Assembly: GCA_041651015.1 (NCBI GenBank)
Contig: JBAZKA010000003.1
Location: 42,572 to 106,571 of the forward strand
Source of the DNA: Patescibacteria group bacterium
GTDB taxonomy: Bacteria; Patescibacteriota; Patescibacteriia; Magasanikbacterales; GWA2-37-8
Length of the DNA stretch: 64,000 bases
Reading direction: 5' to 3'
A program made the translations under genes and the position numbers. Below are positions 1 through 7,910 of this stretch, one piece after another. The notes below the pieces were generated by a model. It had not been told where the DNA came from. It saw only the letters and a list, made by a program, of their open reading frames with translations, and searched no databases. The stretch's first letter is position 1; every line of letters begins with the position of its first letter.

Positions 1-48
1 TATTCATTATGTCCGAAATCTGAATATGCCACCACGTCACTTAAGTTA

Positions 49-360
49 TTGGAGGATGAATTATATTATGCAAGTATTACAAATTGGTCTGAGTACATAG
101 AATATTTGAAGGAAATTTCAACCGATGAAATAAATATCGGAATCAATATTAATGATGTTAAAAAGTGGCACAATCTATTAAATTGCTATTTTCAAACAAA
201 GCCAAGCACAAAAAGCATCACCGATTTTATGCATGGCATTTATTTTACCGATGACGTCATACGAGAAATATTTAAAAATCTTGATATTATGAGAACTAAT
301 AAAAAAATCATTGAAATTTTAAAAAATCTATACAAAAATTTTGATACATTAATTACCTAA
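49..360 (+). CDS. hypothetical small protein (103 aa), AT-rich, no recognisable domain
   Basis: Intact ORF from the six-frame track. Lys/Ile/Asn-rich, no motif recognised. Confidence 0.35.
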   Translation: MEDELYYASITNWSEYIEYLKEISTDEINIGININDVKKWHNLLNCYFQTKPSTKSITDFMHGIYFTDDVIREIFKNLDIMRTNKKIIEILKNLYKNFDTLIT

Positions 361-394
361 ACTGGAAGACATATCGTTTAACACGGTGTATCCG

Positions 395-440
395 GTTCGG
401 GAATTTTTCACATTCATCCTGAACTCGGCAATAATATAAC
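395..440. repeat. Degenerate partial copy of the GTCATCCTGAACTCG palindromic repeat family
   Basis: 'cattcatcctgaactcggc' resembles 'gtgtcatcctgaactcgtttcaggatc' at 22362-22430. Lies between the 103-aa ORF and the 3' end of ftsW. Confidence 0.3.
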
Positions 441-491
441 ATCAACAAAAATCCCCCGCACATGCGAGGGATTTGTTTGTTAATTTAGATT

Positions 492-1595
492 TTATTCCCG
501 ACTTACACTCGCCACCACGCCTGCGGCCGCGAGACAAACAAGCATGGACGATCCACCGTGGCTTACGAATGGTAATGTCACTCCGGTTAACGGCAAAAGT
601 CCGACCATGGCCCCGATGTTCATACAAGCCTGCCAAAAAAACCAAATACTGACACCGCAAGCCAGCAAAAATCCGTAACGGTCCGGCGCTTCTTTGGCAA
701 TCTTGAGCCCGCGCCAAGCAATGAGTAAAATCAAACCGATTAAGGCGCACGAAATAACAAAACCCATTTCCTCGGAGATGATGGCAAAAATTGAATCCGC
801 TTCCACTTCGGGTAAGTACTGGTATTTTTGGCGCGAATGTCCGTAGCCTAGCCCGCCCCACCCGCCCGAACCAATGGCCAAATACGCTTGGCTCACATGA
901 TACCCAATGCCTTGCGGGTCAAGCTCGGGATGCAAAAATATTTTTAATCGGTCCGAACGATACGGCGCCGTGATAATGAGAATAATTACTGCGACTACGC
1001 CCGCGGCCGCGAGCGCGGCCAAAATCGGCTTTGATGTGCCGGCCACAAATAAAATTCCCACAACCATGCCTGCAATCACCACCAGTGTGCCGATGTCGGG
1101 CTGAACCGCGATGAGAAGCAAAGCTGGCGCGATCACGCCAAGCACGGGCAAGAGTCCGTTTTTCCAATCATGCAAATTTCTATCCGGGTCAGACAATAAA
1201 TCAGCCATGATAAATATAATCGCGAGTTTGGCCAATTCCGCCGGCTGAAAATGCATGAACCCTAAATTTATCCATGACGCCGCTCCTTTACCAAATGACG
1301 TGCCTATATGCGGAATAAAAACCATCACCAAAAGCGCCAGGCAGGCAATATAAAATACTCTACCGAGTTTACGCCACAAATCTGTATTAAAACGCGCGCA
1401 AATCAAAAACGCCAGCAAGCCCGGCAAGACGCCTTTGAGCAGTTGGGATTTTATAAAATAATATGTATCGCCGTGAACGCTGTAGCCGACCGGAGCGCTG
1501 GCCGAAGTCAAACAAAATAAACCAAAAGCCAACAATATTCCAATGCTGACCATATAAAATCTATCGGCTTTTTTGGCATTACCGGCAAGCGCCAT
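492..1595 (-). CDS. ftsW: SEDS-family peptidoglycan glycosyltransferase (FtsW/RodA/SpoVE)
   Basis: Polytopic membrane protein with the SEDS C-terminal signature '...GGWGGLGYGHSRQKYQYLPEVEADSIFAIISEEMGF'. Sits at the distal end of a dcw-like operon; ftsW rather than rodA is inferred from that context. Confidence 0.8.
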   Translation of the reverse strand: MALAGNAKKADRFYMVSIGILLAFGLFCLTSASAPVGYSVHGDTYYFIKSQLLKGVLPGLLAFLICARFNTDLWRKLGRVFYIACLALLVMVFIPHIGTSFGKGAASWINLGFMHFQPAELAKLAIIFIMADLLSDPDRNLHDWKNGLLPVLGVIAPALLLIAVQPDIGTLVVIAGMVVGILFVAGTSKPILAALAAAGVVAVIILIITAPYRSDRLKIFLHPELDPQGIGYHVSQAYLAIGSGGWGGLGYGHSRQKYQYLPEVEADSIFAIISEEMGFVISCALIGLILLIAWRGLKIAKEAPDRYGFLLACGVSIWFFWQACMNIGAMVGLLPLTGVTLPFVSHGGSSMLVCLAAAGVVASVSRE

Positions 1596-1597
1596 AT

Positions 1598-1951
1598 TTA
1601 CAAATTAATATCCACAATCAAATATACGGCTAAAGCCAAAAATAATTCCAGCACGGCCGTAAAAACCGTGAGGATGCGCGACAAAAGTTTGTCCGAGTTG
1701 AAAGTGTATATACCGGCGATAAAATTTATTATTACGAAAGCTAAGCCGACCACGGGCATAATCAAAATTCTCCACCATTCACCGACATAATCCACGCCAA
1801 AAATAATATTGTAATGCAAAAATAATGTACCGCCTTGCGTTCCCAAATTAAAAAAAATATACGGCCACATAAAAACTTGCGCCAAAGCCGATATGGCAAG
1901 CGGAACAAACACCCACGGGTCCTTAAAAAAAACTTTTAATAGGTAAAACAT
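1598..1951 (-). CDS. small integral membrane protein (117 aa), hypothetical
   Basis: Three or more hydrophobic helices. Tightly packed between ftsW (2-nt gap) and the Clp-like gene (3-nt gap). Confidence 0.45.
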   Translation of the reverse strand: MFYLLKVFFKDPWVFVPLAISALAQVFMWPYIFFNLGTQGGTLFLHYNIIFGVDYVGEWWRILIMPVVGLAFVIINFIAGIYTFNSDKLLSRILTVFTAVLELFLALAVYLIVDINL

Positions 1952-1954
1952 AAT

Positions 1955-4723
1955 TTAAGCGGTTATAATTTTTCCTCCCTCGCCGATAATAATTTTGTCT
2001 CTACGTTTGACCGAACCGGACAAAAGCAATTCGGCCAGTTTATTTTCCACGCGTTCTTGCAAAGCCCGTCGCATCGGACGCGCGCCAAAATCCGGATCAT
2101 AACCCACGTCAGCCAAGAATTCCAAAGCCGCATCTTCAATAATAAGTTCAATGCCTTTGGCCTCCAAATCTTTGGCCGTGCGCGCCAACATAAAGCCCGC
2201 GATTTGTTTGATGTTTTCCCGAGTTAGGGCTCGGAACAGCACAATACCGTCAAAACGATTTAAAAATTCGGGACGGAAATATTGTTTGAGCTCTCCATGC
2301 AACAACCGGTCTTTGATAGCATCAGACGACAAACCGGCGCGCAATTGCTCGGCCACATACGAAGTGCCGGCGTTTGAAGTGGCGATAATAATTATATTGG
2401 TGAAATCCACCACTCGTCCGGTGCTGTCGGTCAATCGCCCGTCATCCATCACTTGCAAAAATAAATTTAAAATATCCGGGTCGGCTTTTTCAATTTCATC
2501 CAACAGTAGAAGCGCGAATGGCTGACGGCGGATGGCTTCGGTCAAAATACCGGTTCCCTTTTCTCCGGGCGCACCAATCAGACGATACACACCGGACTTG
2601 TCCATGTATTCACTCATATCCAAACGGATCATTCGGTTCTCTCCGCCAAAATAAACTTCGGCAATGGTTTTAGCTAATTCTGTTTTGCCCACGCCGGTCG
2701 GGCCGAGAAATAAAAAGTTGGCAATCGGGCGGGTCTTGGAACGAATTTCCACGCGGGCTCGGCGCAAAGCGTTGGCCACCAAATCCACGGCTTCATCCTG
2801 GCCGACCACGCGTTTGTGCATTGCCTCTTCCAACAACATTAATTTACTTGATTCATCGGACGTCACGGTCGTGGCTGGAATGCCGGTTTTGTCTGCCACC
2901 ACCTGCGCCACCTCTTCACCCGAGACAAGGGAATCCGCGCCCTTTTTGTTGCGCGCATGCGAGCCGGCTTCACTGGCAATTTCTATGGCACTGCCCGGCA
3001 AACAATTTTCATGTAAAAATCTTTGCGCCAATTGCACGGATTTTTCCACCGCGTCATAAGCAAAAAATACTTGATTCTTGTGTTCAATCAAAGCGACTTT
3101 GGATTCCAAAACTTGGATGGCTGAGTTCTCGTCCATTTCGTGCACTTCCACTTTAGCAAAAACATTTCCCAACGCCGAATTGGAAATATAACGCGCAAAA
3201 TCTTCATCCGTACTCGTGGCAATGGTCAAAAACCGGCCGCCGCGTAAAAAATCCGCCAGTGTTCCGGCCACATCCAAACTACTACCTTCGCCGGCTGATA
3301 CGCCAATCAACTCGTGGACATTTGGAATATACAAAATCACATTTCGCGCGCGGGAAATTTCATTCATCATGGCAATCAAGCGTTCAATCGCGCCCGAAGC
3401 AGTCGTACCGGAAAGAAGTGAGGATACATTTAATTTAACCAAACGTTTGTCGCTCAAACGGCGAGGAACATCGTCTTCAATCATTTTGTCGGCCAATCCT
3501 TCCACAATACTGCGCTTGCCCACGCCATTAGAACCGGTGAGAAGCACGTTGGCCGCTCCGCCGTCCACCACGCGGAAAATTTCTTCAAATTCTTTTTCGC
3601 GCGCCACGCAATAATCAAATTGATTGAGTTGGGCCAAACGCGTCATGTCATCGCTAAAATTATTCAAATACGGCGTGGCTAAAGCGGTCATGGCTTTGTC
3701 CATGCCATATTTGGAGCGATGCGAACCCGCCCGCGCATGCTTCACATATTCGCGATATAATCTTTCACGGATACGCGCCCATTCCACCACGTTCATTAAT
3801 TTATTTTTTTCAATTTCCATGTCATACAATAATTCTTGCAGGGGCGGAGATTGTTTGATGCAGGCGACCAAAAGTTCGGTGACGCTCACGTATTCTTGAT
3901 GAGCGCTGTAGGCTTCTTCATACGCGCGAAATAAAATTTGCTGTATGTCAGGCGATAGAAGGGGCATGGAATGCGCGTTTTGCACTTGCGACGGCGCGTC
4001 AAAAAGCGAAACAATCCCCTCTTGCAATGATTTGGCCGGCAAACCAAGCCGGATAAAAATATTACCGATGCGATTAAACGAAAGTAAAGTGTAAAATAAA
4101 TGATTGGCTTCCACGTGCGCATAGTTTCTTTTGTCCGCGAAATTATAGGCTTCGGCCAGCACAGCCATGGCCTCATCGGTGAATGTCTTGTCAATTGCTA
4201 ATCGTTTACTGGAAGGAATTTTTTGGATTTGCTTCCAATCGGTTAGCGCCTCGGACTCTTCGGACGCGGACGTATGCTCATAATCAAATTTTTCCACCTC
4301 TAAATTTTTCTTGCGTTCGGTAATTTTGCGATACCAAAAATAAAGCAAAAACAAGGCGCCGAGACAAAATAAAAATTTGGAATAATACGGCAAACCTAGA
4401 ATCGCTGTCAGCCACTGTTCGGGCAGAGAAATAAAAGCCTGATAGGCGCCGGCGCGATAAGCAAAAAATATTGCCCACACCCAGAAGTTGAGCCAGAGGA
4501 CAATAAAAGTAATCCGGCGAATTTTGTTTCCGATTCTTCGGCCATTCACCATGGCGATGTTGTATCGCGTCAGAGGATATGTCCAAGCCAGCCATTTACC
4601 GCGCATCCGCACGCCCATGGAACGCCCACGGCATTCTTTGCAGACGCCAAAACCGCGCAAACCCGTTCCTTTGCACGAAGGGCATGTCGCGACATTCATT
4701 GGCGGTAGTTGCTCAAACAGCAT
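1955..4723 (-). CDS. ClpA/ClpC-like double-AAA+ ATPase with N-terminal C4 zinc ribbon and 2 TM helices; D1 degenerate, D2 intact
   Basis: N-terminus 'CPSCKGTG...CKECRG' (CxxC-x10-CxxC), then hydrophobic helices (about residues 70-130), then Clp_N-like repeats. D1 Walker A is 'GSNGVGKRS' (the Thr after Lys is Arg). D1 Walker B is 'ILYIPNVHE' where Clp has 'ILFIDELH'. D2 is canonical: 'GPTGVGKT', 'LLLDEIEKA', 'ATSN', and arginine finger 'GARPMRR'. Confidence 0.8.
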   Translation of the reverse strand: MLFEQLPPMNVATCPSCKGTGLRGFGVCKECRGRSMGVRMRGKWLAWTYPLTRYNIAMVNGRRIGNKIRRITFIVLWLNFWVWAIFFAYRAGAYQAFISLPEQWLTAILGLPYYSKFLFCLGALFLLYFWYRKITERKKNLEVEKFDYEHTSASEESEALTDWKQIQKIPSSKRLAIDKTFTDEAMAVLAEAYNFADKRNYAHVEANHLFYTLLSFNRIGNIFIRLGLPAKSLQEGIVSLFDAPSQVQNAHSMPLLSPDIQQILFRAYEEAYSAHQEYVSVTELLVACIKQSPPLQELLYDMEIEKNKLMNVVEWARIRERLYREYVKHARAGSHRSKYGMDKAMTALATPYLNNFSDDMTRLAQLNQFDYCVAREKEFEEIFRVVDGGAANVLLTGSNGVGKRSIVEGLADKMIEDDVPRRLSDKRLVKLNVSSLLSGTTASGAIERLIAMMNEISRARNVILYIPNVHELIGVSAGEGSSLDVAGTLADFLRGGRFLTIATSTDEDFARYISNSALGNVFAKVEVHEMDENSAIQVLESKVALIEHKNQVFFAYDAVEKSVQLAQRFLHENCLPGSAIEIASEAGSHARNKKGADSLVSGEEVAQVVADKTGIPATTVTSDESSKLMLLEEAMHKRVVGQDEAVDLVANALRRARVEIRSKTRPIANFLFLGPTGVGKTELAKTIAEVYFGGENRMIRLDMSEYMDKSGVYRLIGAPGEKGTGILTEAIRRQPFALLLLDEIEKADPDILNLFLQVMDDGRLTDSTGRVVDFTNIIIIATSNAGTSYVAEQLRAGLSSDAIKDRLLHGELKQYFRPEFLNRFDGIVLFRALTRENIKQIAGFMLARTAKDLEAKGIELIIEDAALEFLADVGYDPDFGARPMRRALQERVENKLAELLLSGSVKRRDKIIIGEGGKIITA

Positions 4724-4724
4724 A

Positions 4725-5084
4725 TTAAATAATTGTCTTGGAATGAATCATGCAGTACACAACCGCGACCGGTAGAGCCAGCCACACAAAAAACAATGCG
4801 ACGCAAACCAACATCCAGCCAACCAGCGCGATAGTCCGCGCTATCACTTGAATCAAACGCATCAGAAAACTGATAATTCGCCCTTGAATATCATACTGGC
4901 CAAACATGGGCACAAAAATATTCTTAAACCAAAGCCCGGGCGCGAGCGTGGCATTGCCGGACATAAATACTTGCGCGCACCAAACAATGGCGTGTTTGGC
5001 GCCAACCGTGTACCACCAAACCGGAAAATAAAATAAATCAAGAATGGCCAAGCCAAAAATTCTGGTAAATACAGTGATAAACAT
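4725..5084 (-). CDS. small integral membrane protein (119 aa), hypothetical
   Basis: Hydrophobic ORF. Its stop overlaps the start of the Clp-like gene (ATGA-type coupling). Confidence 0.45.
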   Translation of the reverse strand: MFITVFTRIFGLAILDLFYFPVWWYTVGAKHAIVWCAQVFMSGNATLAPGLWFKNIFVPMFGQYDIQGRIISFLMRLIQVIARTIALVGWMLVCVALFFVWLALPVAVVYCMIHSKTII

Positions 5085-5159
5085 ACGGGAGTATTATAAC
5101 ATAAAATGACAGAAAATAAAAAACCCATGGACATAGCCAAGGGTTTTCATATTTCATAA

Positions 5160-5588
5160 TTATTTTTTTGCCACCACTGACCCAACCGCGCTCAAATAGG
5201 TAATATTGTCCGCTCGGGTCAATCCGGCATTGGCAATTCGTTTCTCCAAAACAGGTAAGGAGTTGGCCGCCGCCATCTGCACATCCAAACCGCGAATTTC
5301 TTCATTGAGCGAAGCAACTTTATTTTGCAAATCACGCATTTCATAACCGCTGGTCGCGGCCGCGCTCACTTCGCGCACATACGCAAACACCAACAAGACT
5401 AGTATGCCCAGATAAATTCCGCGCGCCGCGCGCCCTTTTAACCATTCAGGGATGGCGCCACCGCGCGTTATTGTTTCCATATAACGGCGCAGGTAATTCA
5501 TCTGATATTTGATTTTTCGTTTTAGGGTCATAAAAAACGGTTGCAATATATTTGTCCCCTCTTCGCAAAAATTATTAAATTTTCTCAA
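5160..5588 (-). CDS. ftsL: FtsL-like septum formation initiator (single TM + coiled coil); true start probably at the internal Met near 5531
   Basis: Sits immediately downstream of rsmH as in dcw operons. Has a TM helix 'GIYLGILVLLVFAYV' followed by a coiled coil 'RDLQNKVASLNEEIRGLD'. The annotated start overlaps the rsmH 3' end by 14 nt. Confidence 0.5.
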   Translation of the reverse strand: MRKFNNFCEEGTNILQPFFMTLKRKIKYQMNYLRRYMETITRGGAIPEWLKGRAARGIYLGILVLLVFAYVREVSAAATSGYEMRDLQNKVASLNEEIRGLDVQMAAANSLPVLEKRIANAGLTRADNITYLSAVGSVVAKK

Positions 5589-6483
5589 TCACTCGCAATT
5601 TTGCGCTTCGCGAGCGTCGGTTTGCTTCTAATTCCGCCTCACCGGCCGTAATCGGTTTGGCTGTAATCAACTTGGCTTCACCGGACGACAGTGTCTGAAA
5701 ATAATGCTTTACAATTCTGTCCTCCAATGAATGAAAGGTGATCACCGCTAACCGCCCGTTGCCGGCCAAACTCTCGTAGGCTTGAGGCAATGCTTGTTTC
5801 AACACCTCAAGTTCGCGATTGACGGCAATGCGCAGGGCTTGAAAAACTTTGGTCGCCGGATGTATTCCGCCAATCCAAGGAATTTCTTTTTCAGTTTTCA
5901 ATTTACTCCGATAAACTTGTAAAATTATTTCCGCAAGCTCGCGCGTCGTCTTTATCTGATTAACTTTCCTTACAGCATCTATGGCTTCGGCAATTTCTTT
6001 TGATAAATCCTCCTCGCCAAATCGTCTGAAAATCTCCTCCAATTCTTTCACGTTCCATTCGTTTATAATTTTTTCCGCCGTCGTCTCCGAACCATTTACC
6101 GGCGTGTAGCGCATGTCCAAAGGTTCGTCACGTTCAAAACTAAACCCCCTGTTCCGTTCTTCAAATTGCGGAGATGACCAGCCCAAGTCCATTAAAATCG
6201 CGTCAGCCAATCCAAAATTATTGTCAACAATTATTTTTGATAAATTTTCAAAATTGTCGCGCGCGTAAACCACTTGCTCGCCGAATCTATATAAAAATCT
6301 TTTGGCGCGGAGCAATGATTCCGGGTCGGCGTCAATGCCGAGCAGTTTGCCTTTCGGGCCGATCGCTTCCAGAATCGCCTCGGCATGTCCCCCGTCGCCC
6401 AAGGTGCAGTCAATAACGCGACCGCCTTTTCTCAGGTTCATCGCTTCAATCGTTTCATGAATTAGGACCGGTTCGTGTCGCAT
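5575..6483 (-). CDS. rsmH: 16S rRNA (cytosine1402-N4)-methyltransferase RsmH/MraW
   Basis: 'HEPVLIHETIEAMNLRKGGRVIDCTLGDGGHAEAILE' and '...DLGWSSPQFE...' are the MraW signature. Follows mraZ. Confidence 0.9.
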   Translation of the reverse strand: MRHEPVLIHETIEAMNLRKGGRVIDCTLGDGGHAEAILEAIGPKGKLLGIDADPESLLRAKRFLYRFGEQVVYARDNFENLSKIIVDNNFGLADAILMDLGWSSPQFEERNRGFSFERDEPLDMRYTPVNGSETTAEKIINEWNVKELEEIFRRFGEEDLSKEIAEAIDAVRKVNQIKTTRELAEIILQVYRSKLKTEKEIPWIGGIHPATKVFQALRIAVNRELEVLKQALPQAYESLAGNGRLAVITFHSLEDRIVKHYFQTLSSGEAKLITAKPITAGEAELEANRRSRSAKLRVIEKI

Positions 6484-6504
6484 AACTTTATATCAATTTT
6501 CAAT

Positions 6505-6539
6505 ATTTCGTAATTTCGTAAATTTTCGTATTTCGTATC
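6505..6539. repeat. 4 tandem TTTCGTA(A) units in the mraZ-rsmH spacer
   Basis: 'atttcgtaatttcgtaaattttcgtatttcgtatc'. The same hexamer recurs in tandem at 13731-13768 and at 15706-15722. Confidence 0.5.
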
Positions 6540-6542
6540 TTT

Positions 6543-6974
6543 TTAGACTCCCAGCTCGGCCATTCTCTCGGCAATCTCTCCGCTTTCTTTTTCAGTTTTG
6601 GTTTTGAATTCGCCCCATTTGGTTTCATCCCAAATTTCCAAACGGTTATAAAGTCCGGCCACAATCACACTCTTTTTCAATCCGGCGAACTGGCGCAGAT
6701 ATTCAGGCAGGACCGCCCGGCCTTGTTTGTCCATTTCCACATCCATGGCGCCGGCAAGCATCAGGCGCGCGAACGCCCGGCTGTTAGCTTGGCTGATGGG
6801 CAAAGCCGCCAATTTCTCGGCCAGCTTTTCCCATTCTTTTTTGGTGTACAGAAACAAACAATTATCCAAACCTCTCGTCACCACCGCGCCTTTCACGAGT
6901 TCATTGCGAAACTTGACCGGTATGGCTAACCGGCCTTTTTCATCCAAATTGTGAGAGTATTCGCCGATGAACAT
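6543..6974 (-). CDS. mraZ: transcriptional regulator MraZ
   Basis: 'MFIGEYSHNLDEKGRLAIPVKFR' plus a second 'DKQGRAVLPEYLR' repeat (two MraZ/SpoVT-AbrB half-domains). Confidence 0.9.
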   Translation of the reverse strand: MFIGEYSHNLDEKGRLAIPVKFRNELVKGAVVTRGLDNCLFLYTKKEWEKLAEKLAALPISQANSRAFARLMLAGAMDVEMDKQGRAVLPEYLRQFAGLKKSVIVAGLYNRLEIWDETKWGEFKTKTEKESGEIAERMAELGV

Positions 6975-6977
6975 ACC

Positions 6978-7016
6978 GAAGTTAAAAGTTTATAAAGTTC
7001 ATAAAGTTATAAAGTC
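6978..7016. repeat. Tandem 9-mer (CTTTATAAA-like) element immediately 5' of the mraZ start codon; second copy at 55005-55043
   Basis: Minus-strand reading: 'gactttataactttatgaactttataaacttttaacttcggtATG'. It shares 'ctttataactttatgaacttt..aacttcg' with 55005-55043. Likely mraZ promoter/operator DNA. Confidence 0.55.
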
Positions 7017-7236
7017 GCACAGTTTGTGGGGCGTAGCGCAAGCGAAGCCCCACCACTTCTCACCACTACACTCCATTTTATACCACAATCAAACACCCGT
7101 CAACACCATTCTCCATTTTTATTTTGGCTAATGTAAAACAAAAAATCCCGCTGTAAGCGGGATTGTGGATAAGTTTATTGATAAAATCAGGATATGCGCC
7201 TCCTCCATCACAGCAATGGCAGACCTCAACTACTTT

Positions 7237-7572
7237 TTATTGAGTTAACTTGTCCGCTATTTTTGGAATCAAACATGTAACAAATTGGGCTGAAATGAAA
7301 ACAATTATGGCGGCGACAACCCAGATTATTTTATCTTTAATCGACGACCATGCTAAGGATTTAATTTCTGTTTGTAACGGCACCGAATCTTTTATCGCCG
7401 CACATATCTTGTTATCGAAATTTTTGCCTTCAAACTCCTGCTTAAACACAACGAGGGCGTCCACTTTTTGTGTATACTGCTCTTGGTTAAAATCATTGTC
7501 AGGTCTGGGCATAAGAAAAAAATCAGACTTTTTTCTTTTTGATATTCTCCGAAGGAATAAGTGCGTTGCCAT
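7237..7572 (-). CDS. hypothetical C-terminally membrane-anchored protein (111 aa; start possibly the internal Met near 7512)
   Basis: C-terminal TM 'IIWVVAAIIVFISAQFVTCLI'. Follows the 74-aa ORF. Confidence 0.35.
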   Translation of the reverse strand: MATHLFLRRISKRKKSDFFLMPRPDNDFNQEQYTQKVDALVVFKQEFEGKNFDNKICAAIKDSVPLQTEIKSLAWSSIKDKIIWVVAAIIVFISAQFVTCLIPKIADKLTQ

Positions 7573-7747
7573 TTATACTAATAGGACTGCCGTTGGCTTG
7601 AGATATAACAGAGAGTACAAAACCCAACGCATCTTCATTGCCAATAAGATCATAATCTCGAACTATCTTCTCAAGTGCCTGAACATGGCCATTGTCCATT
7701 TCAATGCTCAATTTTCCTTCACCAACATCATTGATCTTTATAGACAT
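7523..7747 (-). CDS. hypothetical small soluble protein (74 aa)
   Basis: ORF only. Upstream partner of the 7237-7572 gene. Confidence 0.35.
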   Translation of the reverse strand: MSIKINDVGEGKLSIEMDNGHVQALEKIVRDYDLIGNEDALGFVLSVISQANGSPISINGNALIPSENIKKKKV

Positions 7748-7840
7748 AATGGTTTATATTAATGATTCATTTTTAGTATAACATAACCCCGCACAAATGA
7801 CAACAATATTATCACGGATTCTTCAATGCCTCCAAACACG

Positions 7841-7908
7841 TCTGGATCCCCGCCTTCGCGGGGATGACACTGCCGAAGGGATTCCTCGGCTTCGCTCGGA
7901 ATGACAGT
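7841..7908. repeat. Composite GC-rich palindromic repeat (module B GGATCCCCGCCTTCGCGGGGATGACAC + module A CCGAAGGGATTCCTCGGCTTCGCTCGGAATGACAG)
   Basis: Module B matches 52024-52050 and 58568-58615. Module A matches 41255-41318. Made of nested short hairpins. Intergenic here. Confidence 0.7.
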
Positions 7909-7910
7909 TT

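Noticed and set aside
442-1167. ORFs 442-861, 791-973, 907-1104 and 919-1167 overlapping ftsW
   Set aside because: Alternate-frame ORFs inside a clear SEDS gene. Arg/Gly/Pro-rich compositions typical of out-of-frame translation.
6978-7016. CRISPR array interpretation of the 9-mer and TTTCGTA tandem repeats
   Set aside because: The units are only 6-9 bp with no unique spacers, and no cas genes are adjacent (the Cas4-like nuclease is 12 kb away in a glycan locus).
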